Assembly: GCF_964188315.1 (NCBI RefSeq)
Contig: NC_135659.1
Location: forward strand, 42,160,001 to 42,224,000
From: Podarcis muralis
Lineage: Eukaryota
Reading direction: 5' to 3'
DNA: 64,000 nucleotides
In this document: piece after piece, positions 52,907-64,000 of the stretch
Layout of the letters: every line of letters starts with the position of its first letter
Numbering within the stretch: the stretch's first letter is position 1
Program-made: the position numbers and the translations under genes
Notes under the pieces: generated by a model
Told to the model about the DNA's origin: nothing
Database searches by the model: none
Seen by the model: only the letters and a program-made list of their open reading frames with translations

Positions 52907-55104
52907 AAGAAGAATAAGAAGAAAGAAAGAAAGATCTTTGATCATCATTTGTAATTGCCTGCTTCCATTTAAAAGTTAGTGTATTTTTCAAGAACCTTGC
53001 AAGCCACACAAAGAGGATTGGGGGAAAGCCCAAACGATTACATATATGTAATATGGCTACAGTGCAAATAATAATAATAAAAAGTATGAAGAGTCCAAAA
53101 ACGCCTTCTATGTTTTCTCATCCTTTAAATTAATTTCTCTCTCCCTCCAACCACAAAAAAATAAAAATAAAAAATTATAGGATAGAAACCGAATTCAATG
53201 TGAACAATGCAAATTTCTTATAATCCATTGATGGCAATGGGATCTAGTTTCAAATTGGTGCTGATGCAGATCTGCCCCAGTGTCTTCATTATGGCTATAC
53301 AAATTTACACAGAAGCTGGTACATTAACATATAAAATTAGCGATATGAAATCTATGGCTGGATACCTAAGCTAAAGTGGTCAACAGAGGGAGAGAGAGTG
53401 TCAGTGCCATTTCTACTGCTCAAGAACCACACTGAGTTCTGTTTAAAATATGGAAGAACTCATTTTAAAATGCATGAAATATTGTTTTTCTGTGTTGCAG
53501 CAGGGGAAGAGAATTTAACCCTCCTAACTTTCACTCAAAGAGAATTTCAACTCCTCTCTATGTAGGCATTGGGCACGATGGGCATCTGGGGGAAAAGAAC
53601 TGAAACTCCGCGGCTGGGCGTCATCCTAGCCAAAATAGTCCTTTCATTTGGCTCAATAGATCACAATAGATCTGAAGAAATAAGACAAAAGAGTGGGAAC
53701 ATGCTGTGTGTTTGTTGTGTGTGGCAAAGCCAACCCAAAAACTTCTCCTGCGGTCAGGATTACGGTGTTGCCTTTTCCATAAGAAAATCAAGTTTGGATG
53801 ATAGCTGCACAAATTGCCTTCTAGATTTTCAGTTTTGCTAAAGAAATAGGAGCCATGCTGCCTGTTTTTCAAAAATCATTTCCCTGGCTCTTAAAGACAC
53901 TTGAAACAAGATTTAAAACAATACCCTTTCCCCCACTTCAATGGAGTATGATTGGTGTCATTGTTGATTGTGCTACTGGTCACTAATGATGACCTGGAGG
54001 GAAAAAGGTTCCTTTCACTTTTGAGAATGCTCAGCGAATTAACATTAATCTATTTATATCTATATCTCTGTACACAGAGCAAATATTTGATTCCCTATTG
54101 ATTGCACCATTTCACACATGACAAAGATGATACCATTGCCCCCAGAACAGATCATACAGATCCAGTCACCACTACATTATTAGCAATAACTTGCAGCCAT
54201 GCAGTTTAAGAGGTGTTTTTTTTTTAATGGGCATAGATGGTAGAACATTCTTTGTCATCCTGCAAATGGGGCCCCATCTGAAGCTGCTGGTTGCTGAGTG
54301 ATGCTTTGTAGTCTGTACCAGATAGTTGCACAGTACCAGCTGCATTGGCAGGTAGCCGAAGTGCAAGGAGATAGCTGCCAAACTATGCTATACAAAGGAA
54401 ACGGTGCCAGAGAGAAAAGGACCTTTGCATAAGATGACCTTTGACTCTTCCGCCAGCATGGATCCCATATTCATCACTTCCAGACAATTGCATCTTTCAT
54501 TCCACCGCAAACTATGATCAGAAAGGGACCATTTGTGTTAGCAATTGTTAGTTTACAGTTCCCAGAGCCTGGATAGTTTAGCCTTTTGTTTTGGTAGTTG
54601 CAATATTCCCATTGATTCCTTATTAACAGGATCCAAATAATCATTTAGCGAATTATTATTAATATTTTTAGAGCCTGCTTTTTTCTTTTTGTCTAACTTT
54701 CTTGTGATACAGGAATTCAGCATGTTAACGGCAACAAGGAAGTTTGAGGAAAAGAAAACGGGTTCTTAAAACATGATCCCATGCTATTAGTCATTTTCAT
54801 GTGAATTGTTAATTGCAGAAGGGGGAAAAAAAGCAATCACTACAGTATCTGCATCTATGACATAAATCAGTTTTAAGTGTGAACTATTGGAACCTTATTG
54901 CATTATGTGGCTTTTTAATAGGAAAACATTTATTTTAGCAGCTAATGTCATATGCATTGCTTTCAACTGTAGATTTAATTTTTCATTTGTTAATTTTTGT
55001 CATGAATAATTTTGCTTACATGTCCTAGCAAAGAAGCACTATTTATCCAAAGTGGAATAGATTAATCTTACAGATAAATTGCTCTTAGGACAGCATTTAG
55101 TCAG

Positions 55105-55105
55105 T

Positions 55106-55156
<51 letters not shown>
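55105..55156. repeat. Compound (TG)n(AG)n microsatellite
   Basis: Directly visible. Confidence 0.96.
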
Positions 55157-55161
<5 letters not shown>

Positions 55162-57876
55162 TTAGTTAGCAATTCAAGGCAATTAAAATATCAACTATTG
55201 ATTCTCAAAGTAATTGTGAAAATTGTTTCTGTTTTACTCAAATACAGACCCTCTACAGGTGAGTAAGTAATGTACCTCTGTGAAACGTGAGCTTCCAGAA
55301 ATAGGAAAAAAAATGCTTGGTTTCTCCTTGCTAGTGCATAAATATAAATATCAGAAAACTGGAATCATATCTGACCTCTATTTCTTAGAATGAGAAAACA
55401 TGTATATGCATGTACGTGGAAAGAACATTTGAGGAAGAACTGAGATTTATTCTGTACTGGCAAAGAGGTGTCTTAATACAAAATTTGTACAGATGTTTCT
55501 CTGAAACTCCTGCCCCCATTACTCTCCCCCCATGTGCATTTGATCTTTTCCCTCTTATCATGAAGAATGTTTCTTTGAGGAATGGAAAAAGTCTTATACC
55601 TGAAGGCGAGCTTCATTGTATTGCACCTGACTTCTGGCTTGCATGTGAGACCGTCTGTTCTTTATTTTCACTCTGTATGAAGCTAATGGAATTTGCAGTT
55701 GATTAACCTCAGATTTTGACTAATGATCCAGCCTGGGATTGCAGCTGGCAATGCCACAGCGCCTTGTACTTCTTAACTGAGAAAGACAGCAACAAGTACA
55801 GTGGTGCAAAAGCAAAAGATCCAGGATGGATCAAATTGTCAAAGATGCATAATGGCATTCAACCACATGAAAGCTGTAGAGGGAGGATGCCTCAGAGGAA
55901 TTAATGTAGAATGAAAAGTTGACATAAAAACCCAGCTAGGAAACAGATTTCTAGGTTATTCACTGGAGTCTGTGGTTCTGCAAGTACATTTAATTCTAGC
56001 ATTTCTACTTAATTTACACTCGGCTGTTCTGTTTCTAAATGTGGCAGATTGACAGTTGCAAAATGTTAGCGCAGTAAACACACAAAAGCCTCAAGACCCT
56101 CTGTAGCCCACATCCCACTGAAATCAACGAGAACTACATGTGGGCAGAGAGAACAAAAGGCTTGCAGGAGGGGAGTGGGAAATCTGATATACCCTTAGGA
56201 AAAAGTTGATACTATTTTATCCTGAAACACATGAAGGCATGCATGTAAACTGAAGGGCAAAGAGAGATGTAACAGTTTGTAGACGCCACCCCACCCCCCC
56301 GAGACAATTTGGAAGTGCCGTCACCTTTTTCAGCTCAAGTGTACCTTTTACGCTGGCAGCGTGAACTATAAAAAGACTCATACGGCAGCTTTTCAAAATG
56401 TGTCTCTTTGAACAGGGAAATGCTAGCTGTGGACAGTGGTTAGTACCTGCGACTTCACAAACACACTTGCCATGTCAAGGGCACATGTGGTGTGTGTGTG
56501 TGTGTGTGTGTTAAGAGGTCCATTTGGCCCAGGGTCTCTATCTCCATAGGTGGTCTAAAATTTGGATACTTTTTAATAATGATGATGATGATGATTTATT
56601 TTTTGCACCCCACCCATCTGACTGGGTTGCCATTCTGTTTCCCAACCTGTTTTCATGTATATCAGACCAAAATGTGACATACTCTCTCCGGCNNNNNNNN
56701 NNNNNNNNNNNNNNNNNNNNNNNNNNNNNNNNNNNNNNNNNNNNNNNNNNNNNNNNNNNNNNNNNNNNNNNNNNNNNNNNNNNNNNNNNNNNNNNNNNNN
56801 NNNNNNNNNNNNNNNNNNNNNNNNNNNNNNNNNNNNNNNNNNNNNNNNNNNNTTTTTGATGCCTTATTCTGTTTTTAGGTATTGTCATTTTTATTTTTAT
56901 TATGACTAGGGGCCTCAAAAGCTGGCTGTGGCCCAGTCCTCTTTGAGAGGGCCTGGGCCCTGCCCAATTCCCAGAGAAGTTTTAGGATTGTTTTAAAAAT
57001 ATCTGCATTTCTTAAAATAATTTTAATTGTGAATAGACATACACCTAACATAGATAAAAGATAGGGGAAAGGTACAACTGACTCAGAGGTACACACATGT
57101 GCAAAACAGGTTGCAAAGTCAGGTGGAAGTCAGGCTCACACCACAGGTGAAGAATCCAGTGTGTCCATTGTTAGACCACTTGTGCTGCCCCAGGATATAG
57201 TGACCTGGCAGAATGAGAAATGTGATTCACGTCTGATTGGTAGATCCCTAAAAATGACAGCAGCACTTAGAGGAGTTGGCAGCTGTCTTTGTACCTTTGG
57301 TTCACAACCTGTACACCTGAAGGCCTATATAGGGTTGTATCCGCTGCTATTGTTCTCCTTGTGCAACAATTTTTTCACCTCCTCTCCTCTCCCCTAAAGT
57401 TCCTGCTGGTTGTTGGACCTTCAGGGATTTTGGGAAGGGGGCACAGGGCGAGGAGGGGAAGGGTAAGTCCTGTTGTATGAGTGGAACTCTATGCACACAG
57501 TGCTGGATGCTATAACCCATAGAGTCATGTGTGAACTTGTCCCATGAAGAGCATGCTAAGATCTCTGCTCCTTTAAAGTGCCCATCCTCACTAGACTTCC
57601 AAGAACTTTATATATATATATATATAAATCCTGCTGATCTTCTGATGATATCTAGTTTTCCCAAAGCATCTGAGGCCTGCAGGTAGAAGAGACTATAAAT
57701 CTGAAATTGAAACTCATCCAAGACCTGCCAAAGACATCAATACATGCTGTGAGGCTAAGATGTGACCTCCCCCACTCCCCTGCCAAATATGCTGCTTCGT
57801 TGTGAGGGAAAAACACAAGAAAACAAGGCAGAAGGTACCAAGATAAAAGGAAAGGTGTTGCTGAGACTGGTTCTTT

Positions 57877-58032
57877 GGGGAAGGGCCGCAGTTTAGTGGT
57901 ACAACAAATTCTTTGCATGTAGAAGATCCCAGTTGCACTTCCTGGCATCTCCAGGCAGGCCAGAAACCCTAGAGCACCTCTGCCAATGAATGTAGACTAT
58001 ACTAAGCCAGATGAACCAATGATCAGCTTCCT
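57877..58032 (+). mobile_element. tRNA(Ala/Cys-like)-headed squamate SINE (Squam3-like), degraded
   Basis: GGGGAAGGGCCGCAGTTTAGTGGT...TTTGCATGTAGAAGATCCCAG...CCTGGCATCTCCAGG...GTAGACTATACTAAGCCAGATGAACCAATG. Related pieces lie at about 23985-24050 (+) and 61436-61541 (-). Confidence 0.65.
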
Positions 58033-58682
58033 CTGCTGCTATGTTCTGCCAACACCTTTGTGGCTCTGTTAAGTGGCACCCACATGGTCCAGTGGTGGTG
58101 CGTGTCGGGTTGCTGTTGGCCCTAGATATTCTGCCGCAAATCCTCCACCACCCAGTCAAAGTGCATAGACCAGTCAAGTTGTGTGTTTTTCACCTGAAGC
58201 AAAAAGAATCTTACAAGTTTCTTTCTCTGAGATTGAATGTATAATAATAAAGAATCAGGTGGTTGCCTCAGTCTGCGTAATACTGGAGTGGGGACTCCCT
58301 GATTGCACTTTTTCAGGAGGGACTCAAAACCATGATGCAGTTTTGGTTCTAGGAGTTGCAAAGTCCATTTGCCATCATCCCAAGAAAACAGTGCCATCTG
58401 GATACACCTTAAGTGGCTGCCCTCTGATATATTTAGGAATTGGTAGGTTTTTTGGGGGGCGGAGGGGGTGGAGGGGAGATACTGCTCTACAGCGGTTTCA
58501 ACATCTTTGAGATCTTGCCAGAATGATCAGGTTTGATAGTAATGAGATATTGTGTTTATTGCAGAGATGGGGAGACTGTGGTCCTCCATTAACTCCATTA
58601 TATCTGACCATTGTCCATGCTGACTGGGGCTGATGGAAGTTGAAGTGCAAGAGCACCTGGAGACCAACAGGTTCCCCTATCC

Positions 58683-59636
58683 CAGTGTTTCCCAACCTTT
58701 TTTGGGCAAAGGCACACTTCTTTCATGAAAAAAATCTCGAGGCACACCACCATTAGAAAATATTAAAAAATTTAACTCTGTGCCTATATTGACTATATAA
58801 AAAGTACAGTGGTGCCTCGCAAGACGAAATTAATTCGTTCCGCAAGTCTCTTCGTCTTGCGAGTTTTTCGTCTTGCGATGCACGGTTTCCCATAGGAATG
58901 CATTGAAAATCAATTAATGCGTTCCTAGGGAAACCGCCTTCAGACCAGGTCCGGGGACAGTCTGTCCCCCGACCTCTTCTGAAGGCTGGGGGGGGGGGGA
59001 CAAGGGCTTTTCTTCCCACTGCCAGCCTTCAGAAGACTTTTGCCCCCGCCTGCCTTCAGAAGAGGTCCAGGACCTCGTTCCGATGCCCGGCGGCGGGGTG
59101 CGAGGTTCCCGCCCCACCTCCCGGCATCGGGGCATCGTTCCGATGCCGGGCGGCGGGGGGAGAGGTTCCCGCCCCACCGCCCGGCATCGGGGCATCGTTC
59201 CGATGCCGGGCGGCTGGGGCAGGTGTTCCCGCCCCCCCGCCCCGCTTCGGAGCACCGGGAGAAGCGATCTCCCCGCAGCCCCTTGCTTCAAAAGAGGTCC
59301 GGGGGCAACGGGGAAGAAGCGCTGCGCTTCCCGCTGTCCCCGGACCTCTTTTGAAGCAAGGGGCGGTGGGGAGAAGCGATCTCGGGCGCCGCGGCGCACA
59401 GGCGCACTGCTCGCTCCTCTTTCCGCGCAGGCGCCTTCTCTCGCTCTTTCGCCTCCTTTTCTTTCTCTCTCGATGGTCCGCCTACAAAGGAGCGAGGGAG
59501 GCGCCCGCCATGTTTGGATTTGCATCCAGCAGGAGATGCCGCCGCCGCCCCGCCTCTCCCGCCTCCCTCCCACGGCACACCAGGCAAGGTCTCACGGCAC
59601 ACCAGTGTGCCGCGGAACACCGGTTGGGAAACACTG
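58683..59636. mobile_element. Non-autonomous composite hAT element (954 bp)
   Basis: Perfect 15-bp TIRs CAGTGTTTCCCAACC and GGTTGGGAAACACTG. Perfect 8-bp TSD CCCTATCC at 58675-58682 and 59637-59644. It is inserted in the end of an older palindromic MITE. Confidence 0.93.
59076..59236. repeat. GC-rich 60-bp minisatellite (about 2.7 units) with an internal hairpin
   Basis: The lines starting at 59101 and 59161 are near-identical with a period of 60. Each unit has the stem CCCGGCATCGG/CCGATGCCGGG (11 bp, 9-nt loop). Confidence 0.9.
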
Positions 59637-59715
59637 CCCTATCCCTTGTCTATGGCCACAAAGTGATGCATCTAATCTTTCTTTCTATGCATTCTGAAGT
59701 AGATGCAGAATTTTC

Positions 59716-59935
59716 ATTACACCAGTGTAGTGTTGGACGATGACCTGTGTGACCAGGGTTCAAATCCCCACTCAGCCATGACGCTCACTGGATGACCTTG
59801 GACAAGTCACTCGCTCTCAACCTAACCTACTTCACAGGGTTGTTGTGACGATGAAATGGGGAGGAGAACCATGTACACAGCCTTGAGCTCCTTGGAAGAA
59901 AAGGGAGGTATATAAATGTTACAAACAAACAAACT
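59716..59935 (+). mobile_element. MIR/CORE-like tRNA-derived SINE
   Basis: B box GGTTCAAATCC (about 59756), core GACCTTGGACAAGTCACT...CACAGGGTTGTTGTGA, and an (ACAA)n tail. Confidence 0.8.
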
Positions 59936-60598
59936 AACTTTCATTAACCTTATTTACGAAAGTTCTACAAGATTTTACAACCTAACAGACTATATTTTAA
60001 ATGGCTTGCAATACCCTTGTTTGTTTTCTGTGGTGATATGTGTCCTTTGATCCAGTATTTGGTCTCATTTTGCAGAATTCTAACTGAAATTAATCTATAT
60101 GGTCAGTGCAGGTTGAGGACAGCACGTGTTTCTGTTGAAGGAAGGTTGCTGCAATTGTTGGTAGTAAAAGTCTATGAAACATGTGGGGTCTGTATTATAC
60201 CACGCCATGATGTGTCTGTAGTTGGACGATGGTTAAGTTTATACTCAGCAGCCCTGTGGAAAATCTATGTTTACATGTAACAAATGGTTTGAATTCAGCT
60301 CCATTAGTTAGTATAACTGTTTTGTCTCTTCTAGGAACGCATAGATTAGCCATAGCCATGTCTCAGCAATCTGGTATATGGGAAATAGTCCAGAACTTTG
60401 ACTACAGTGGCCATAAATTCAAAGCTGTTTAGGACAGGCTCTTACATTTGCAATATGTTGAAACTCCTAGACCCTCTGACCACTTGGTCCTTAAGTAAAG
60501 TTTTGATATGGATTTTCATAATTAATAATAAACACCTCTTGCACCCTTTCTTAAATGTGTACATTCAAAGAGATAAAACGACATTGATATAGCAAGCC

Positions 60599-60603
<5 letters not shown>

Positions 60604-60644
<41 letters not shown>
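60604..60644. repeat. (CA)n microsatellite
   Basis: Directly visible. Confidence 0.96.
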
Positions 60645-60647
<3 letters not shown>

Positions 60648-61122
60648 TTCCTTTTATATTTCAAAATAATGTATTGCCACTGCAATTTATCAGAGCTTTT
60701 AAAAAGGAGCCCCTTCTGTTTCTACCTGCTTCTCCCCTTTTCAGCTAGAAATATTCATAAGATTCTCTATATGTTGAATTATTCTTACACAGAAGCAGTC
60801 CGGAACATGATTCAGTGACTTGCACCGCGCCACTGTGGCCTATGAAAAAGGAAAGGGCCCCATGTACTTTGCAGATGCACTTGCCATAGAGACATAGGCA
60901 TGTGCTGAGCTCTAAATCACAGCCAACATCAAAGTGTTAGGCCTGACATGGCAGATAAGCATGTGCTTAGGAAGTTACCTTATAACAGCAGTTTTGAGCC
61001 TTCTGAATTCCGGGGGGCACCTTCAGCCCAAACAAGCATTTGGGGACCCACTTCTTAATATCTTATGGTTCATAGCAGTGGTGTGCTTACAATCTACCTT
61101 AGGCTAGGTTGCAATTCAGGTA

Positions 61123-61342
61123 CAGTGGTACCTCTGGTTATGTATTTAATTCGTTCCGGAGGTCCGTTCTTAACCTGAAATCATTCTTAACCTGAGGTAC
61201 CACTTTAGGGGCCTCCTGCTGCTGCCGCGCCGCTGGAGTGCGATTTCTGTTCTCATCCTGAAGCAAAGTTCTTTACCTGAGGTACTACTTCCGGATTAGC
61301 GGAGTCTGTAACCCGAAGTGTTTGTAACCCGAGGTACCACTG
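61123..61342. mobile_element. Tigger-like MITE, copy E
   Basis: TA|CAGTGGTACCTC...GAGGTACCACTG|TA ends. Confidence 0.92.
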
Positions 61343-61836
61343 TACTGGGTTCTCCTCACATACCTGCTGAAGACCAATACCTTTTACCAAGCCAGACCAC
61401 TGGGCTATCTGTCAAGGGCCCTCTCAGGTTTTAAGATGGGAGTCTTTCCCAGCCTTGCTTTGAGATGCCAGGGATCAAGCCTGTGTGGGATCCACAGCCT
61501 GGATCTTTTTCACCCAGAGCATGTGCTCTGCCACCAAGCTTTGCTACAACAGTTGCAAAGCCTTTTTTCTTCTTCAAATAATACCAGCAGCCAGAATGGA
61601 GCCCCTCAATGGTCCACCCGGTGTGACCACAGCATCTCAAGCTGTGATAGATTCTTCTGTCTACAGATACATAAGGCCCTACTAGAATAATCTTTCCTCA
61701 TTGTCCACTTGAGCTCCTGAAAGTTTGATCACACCCTGTGTGTGGGTATGGGCCTACTAACTAACTTGTCGTGGCTACAGTAGATACCAACATATATCAA
61801 TGGTGGTCATGGACTTGGGTTGGCAGGCGTGATGCA

Positions 61837-61882
61837 GGAGGAGGAGGAGAAGGAGGAGGAGGAGGAGGAGGAGGAGGAGGAA
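61837..61882. repeat. (GGA)n microsatellite
   Basis: Directly visible, with one interruption. Confidence 0.95.
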
Positions 61883-62051
61883 GAAACAAAAGAGGGGCTG
61901 TTTGGTGGGTACCAGGGGTGGAGGTCTCTCCCTATTGTACATTAACTTCAGCCGCATCAGAAGGAAATGGTTGGGACATCATCAATGCTTTCGTCCAGTT
62001 CTGAACATTTTGCCTGACTCTTGAATTCCTGAATTATAGCTCCTGAACACA

Positions 62052-62330
62052 GGGCTCACCTACTTCCCTTTGTCCCATGATTTCTTCCATTTGATTTCTA
62101 AACACAGGTCTGAGAGGTTTTTCTATTGTCCCATCACTTTCCCTGGGAAAACTCATTATTTACCATTAAATCAGGGGGAAAATGTCAATCTGCAGAAAAC
62201 CCTATTGACATTTGCTTCAGTTCAGAAGTAAACAGGGAAAGTTTCCCAGGGAAAGTGTCAGGACAATAGGATAAAACCTCTCGGACCCATGCCTAGAAGT
62301 CATGGACCAAGCAAAAGTGTGGATGAGCCC
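62052..62330. mobile_element. Foldback MITE, possibly PIF/Harbinger type
   Basis: Ends GGGCTCACCTAC and GTGGATGAGCCC, with long complementary arms (about 62107-62153 vs 62241-62288). 3-bp duplication ACA at 62049-62051 and 62331-62333. Confidence 0.7.
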
Positions 62331-62440
62331 ACACTGTCTATTAGCAAGTCTGTACAGTTTTGTGTCTGAATAAAGATCTCTTTCTTACTTACATATAGGA
62401 GCCTCTGTCTCTGTGTGCTGGGTGGGAGGCAGGATGACAG

Positions 62441-62563
62441 CATACATTTAAAACACATGACTTCCCCCCAAAGAATCCTGGGAACTGAAGTTTGTTAAGG
62501 TTACTGGGAATTGTAGCCACAGTTCTCAGCATTCTTTGGGGGGAAGGCTTGTGTTTAAATGTG
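62441..62563. mobile_element. Short palindromic MITE
   Basis: CATTTAAAACACATGACTTCCCCCCAAAGAAT pairs with ATTCTTTGGGGGGAAGGCTTGTGTTTAAATG. Confidence 0.7.
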
Positions 62564-64000
62564 CTTCAAATGTGGATGTGATGGCTGTCCAGTTAAAACA
62601 ACAGGAGAAAAGGATATTAAACCTTCTATAGTTGCCGGTGGCCATTTCTATCTCACACATGTACTATTGCTAGGCATGATATAAGCAGCTTCAATTCTGA
62701 GCTCGCCGTTACTTAGCTACATTTTTATCTCAGATTTTCTCTGCAATTGAGATGAATATTTAAAATATTTTCAGAAAAACCAAACTTCAGAACTACTGTA
62801 AAAATAATGCTGTATAGGAAACCTCAATAACATCTAAAATAAAAAAATCTCATCAAAGGCTCCTGCCATTTAAATATTAGAAGCTAACACATACATAAAA
62901 GTTCTTATAGATTGGAATGGAGTAAAGGTCTTTCAGGTATGAGTAACAGAACCGCACAGTAGTGGTAGTTTCGTCCCAAATTTTGAACCAGTGCAATAAA
63001 GGGCTTCGCCATTCAGGATGCTTATATTACAGCGACTTGGTCAGTCAGCTCTTGTTCTCTGTACAGCCAACGGAATCCTGATTTGGGCCTGAATTGTTCA
63101 CATTGAGCTATTAACAAGAAATGCTTCCCAATGTTTTTCTTTTTTGTGTTTGAGCAATTGGGGAAAAACAAGCTCCTTCTGCTGTCAAGCTATGGTCTGG
63201 AACAATAGCCTAGTGATGTCTCCGTTAGGGAACCTTGCTATTCCTTTGCCAGCATATTGCACAGCTGTACCCATGGCATTGCAATTTTTTATTTTTTTAA
63301 CATTTCTGAAGGGGGAATTAAGGTCTGAGTAAGGATTATCATGCTGCATTTTCCTCTTACTAAATAATGTTATTTCCCTTGGAAAGTATGATATGATCTG
63401 ATGCTTGATTCAATGTCAATAGCTGATATGGCTCATATTATACACATCATGTCTACATTATATCTACATATCGCAAACACAGTACGCACTCAGATTCAGG
63501 CAAATCCTGGAACGTAAAGGGGGAACAGATCTTTATAATATCCATATTTATTCGAATCTCCTTTACCCAATTGCTGGAAACAACCAGTCTTGGCTCAGAG
63601 TCATCAACTGCCTAATTTCCAGATTGTCTAAAGAAAGAAAAATTAAGCACAACAGGGAAAATAACATTGTAACTGTTGTTGAGTTTATAATCCAGTGTAA
63701 GTTACAGAGTGCTGATAAGTAAAGGAAGTTCAACCAGACAGTTTAATCTTCCAATTTCCTGTCTTCTAATCAGCCACTGGCTCTTTCGACTTTAAATTAG
63801 AAACATTCCTAACAATATTCAGGGCAGGTGAAGGAAGAGGGTAGAAAAGAAATGGAGATAGAGTATGTATCTGGAAAAAGAAGAAACTAGGGATAGTACA
63901 ATGGAAGAACAAGATATACAGCAAGACAGAAAGTATGTATTGCATGCAGGTCATCATGCTGTATAAAGCAAGTTTTGCTAGTCAGTTGGAAAACATTTCT

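Noticed and set aside
58914-59743. Long Arg/Gly/Pro-rich ORFs (104-219 aa) on both strands
   Set aside because: They lie in or run out of a GC-rich non-autonomous transposon where stop codons are rare; no transposase or other domain.
1-64000. Prokaryote-type systems (CRISPR arrays, operons, defence islands)
   Set aside because: The sequence is vertebrate and repeat-rich, with no regularly spaced repeat-spacer array and no gene-dense region.

Overview
This is vertebrate nuclear DNA from a squamate reptile, probably a lacertid lizard. The inference rests on lacertid-type Sauria SINEs plus Bov-B, CR1 and L2 relics. The assembly is a draft with six N gaps. I found no host protein-coding exon or RNA gene that I can support, so the window looks intergenic or deep-intronic. 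The dominant feature is an apparently full-length, coding-intact CR1 LINE at about 34.0-38.5 kb (+). Its ORF1 has a CxxC/CxxC finger, a coiled coil and an SGNH esterase; its ORF2 has an AP endonuclease and a reverse transcriptase; it ends in an (ATTCTATG)n tail. The most striking observation is at the ORF1/ORF2 junction. ORF1 ends in an in-phase U_UUA_AAC slippery heptamer directly before its stop codon. ORF2 lies in the -1 frame, is open across the heptamer and has no AUG until 35536. This is the layout expected for a programmed -1 ribosomal frameshift giving an ORF1-ORF2 fusion, and it is untested here. The rest of the window is a mosaic of SINEs, LINE fragments, Tc1/mariner-, hAT- and Harbinger-type MITEs (several nested, many with readable TSDs) and microsatellites. 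It also holds a CpG-rich chimeric hAT element, a probable solo LTR, and repeat-poor stretches that may be conserved regulatory DNA. Family names come from recognising motifs by eye, not from database searches.
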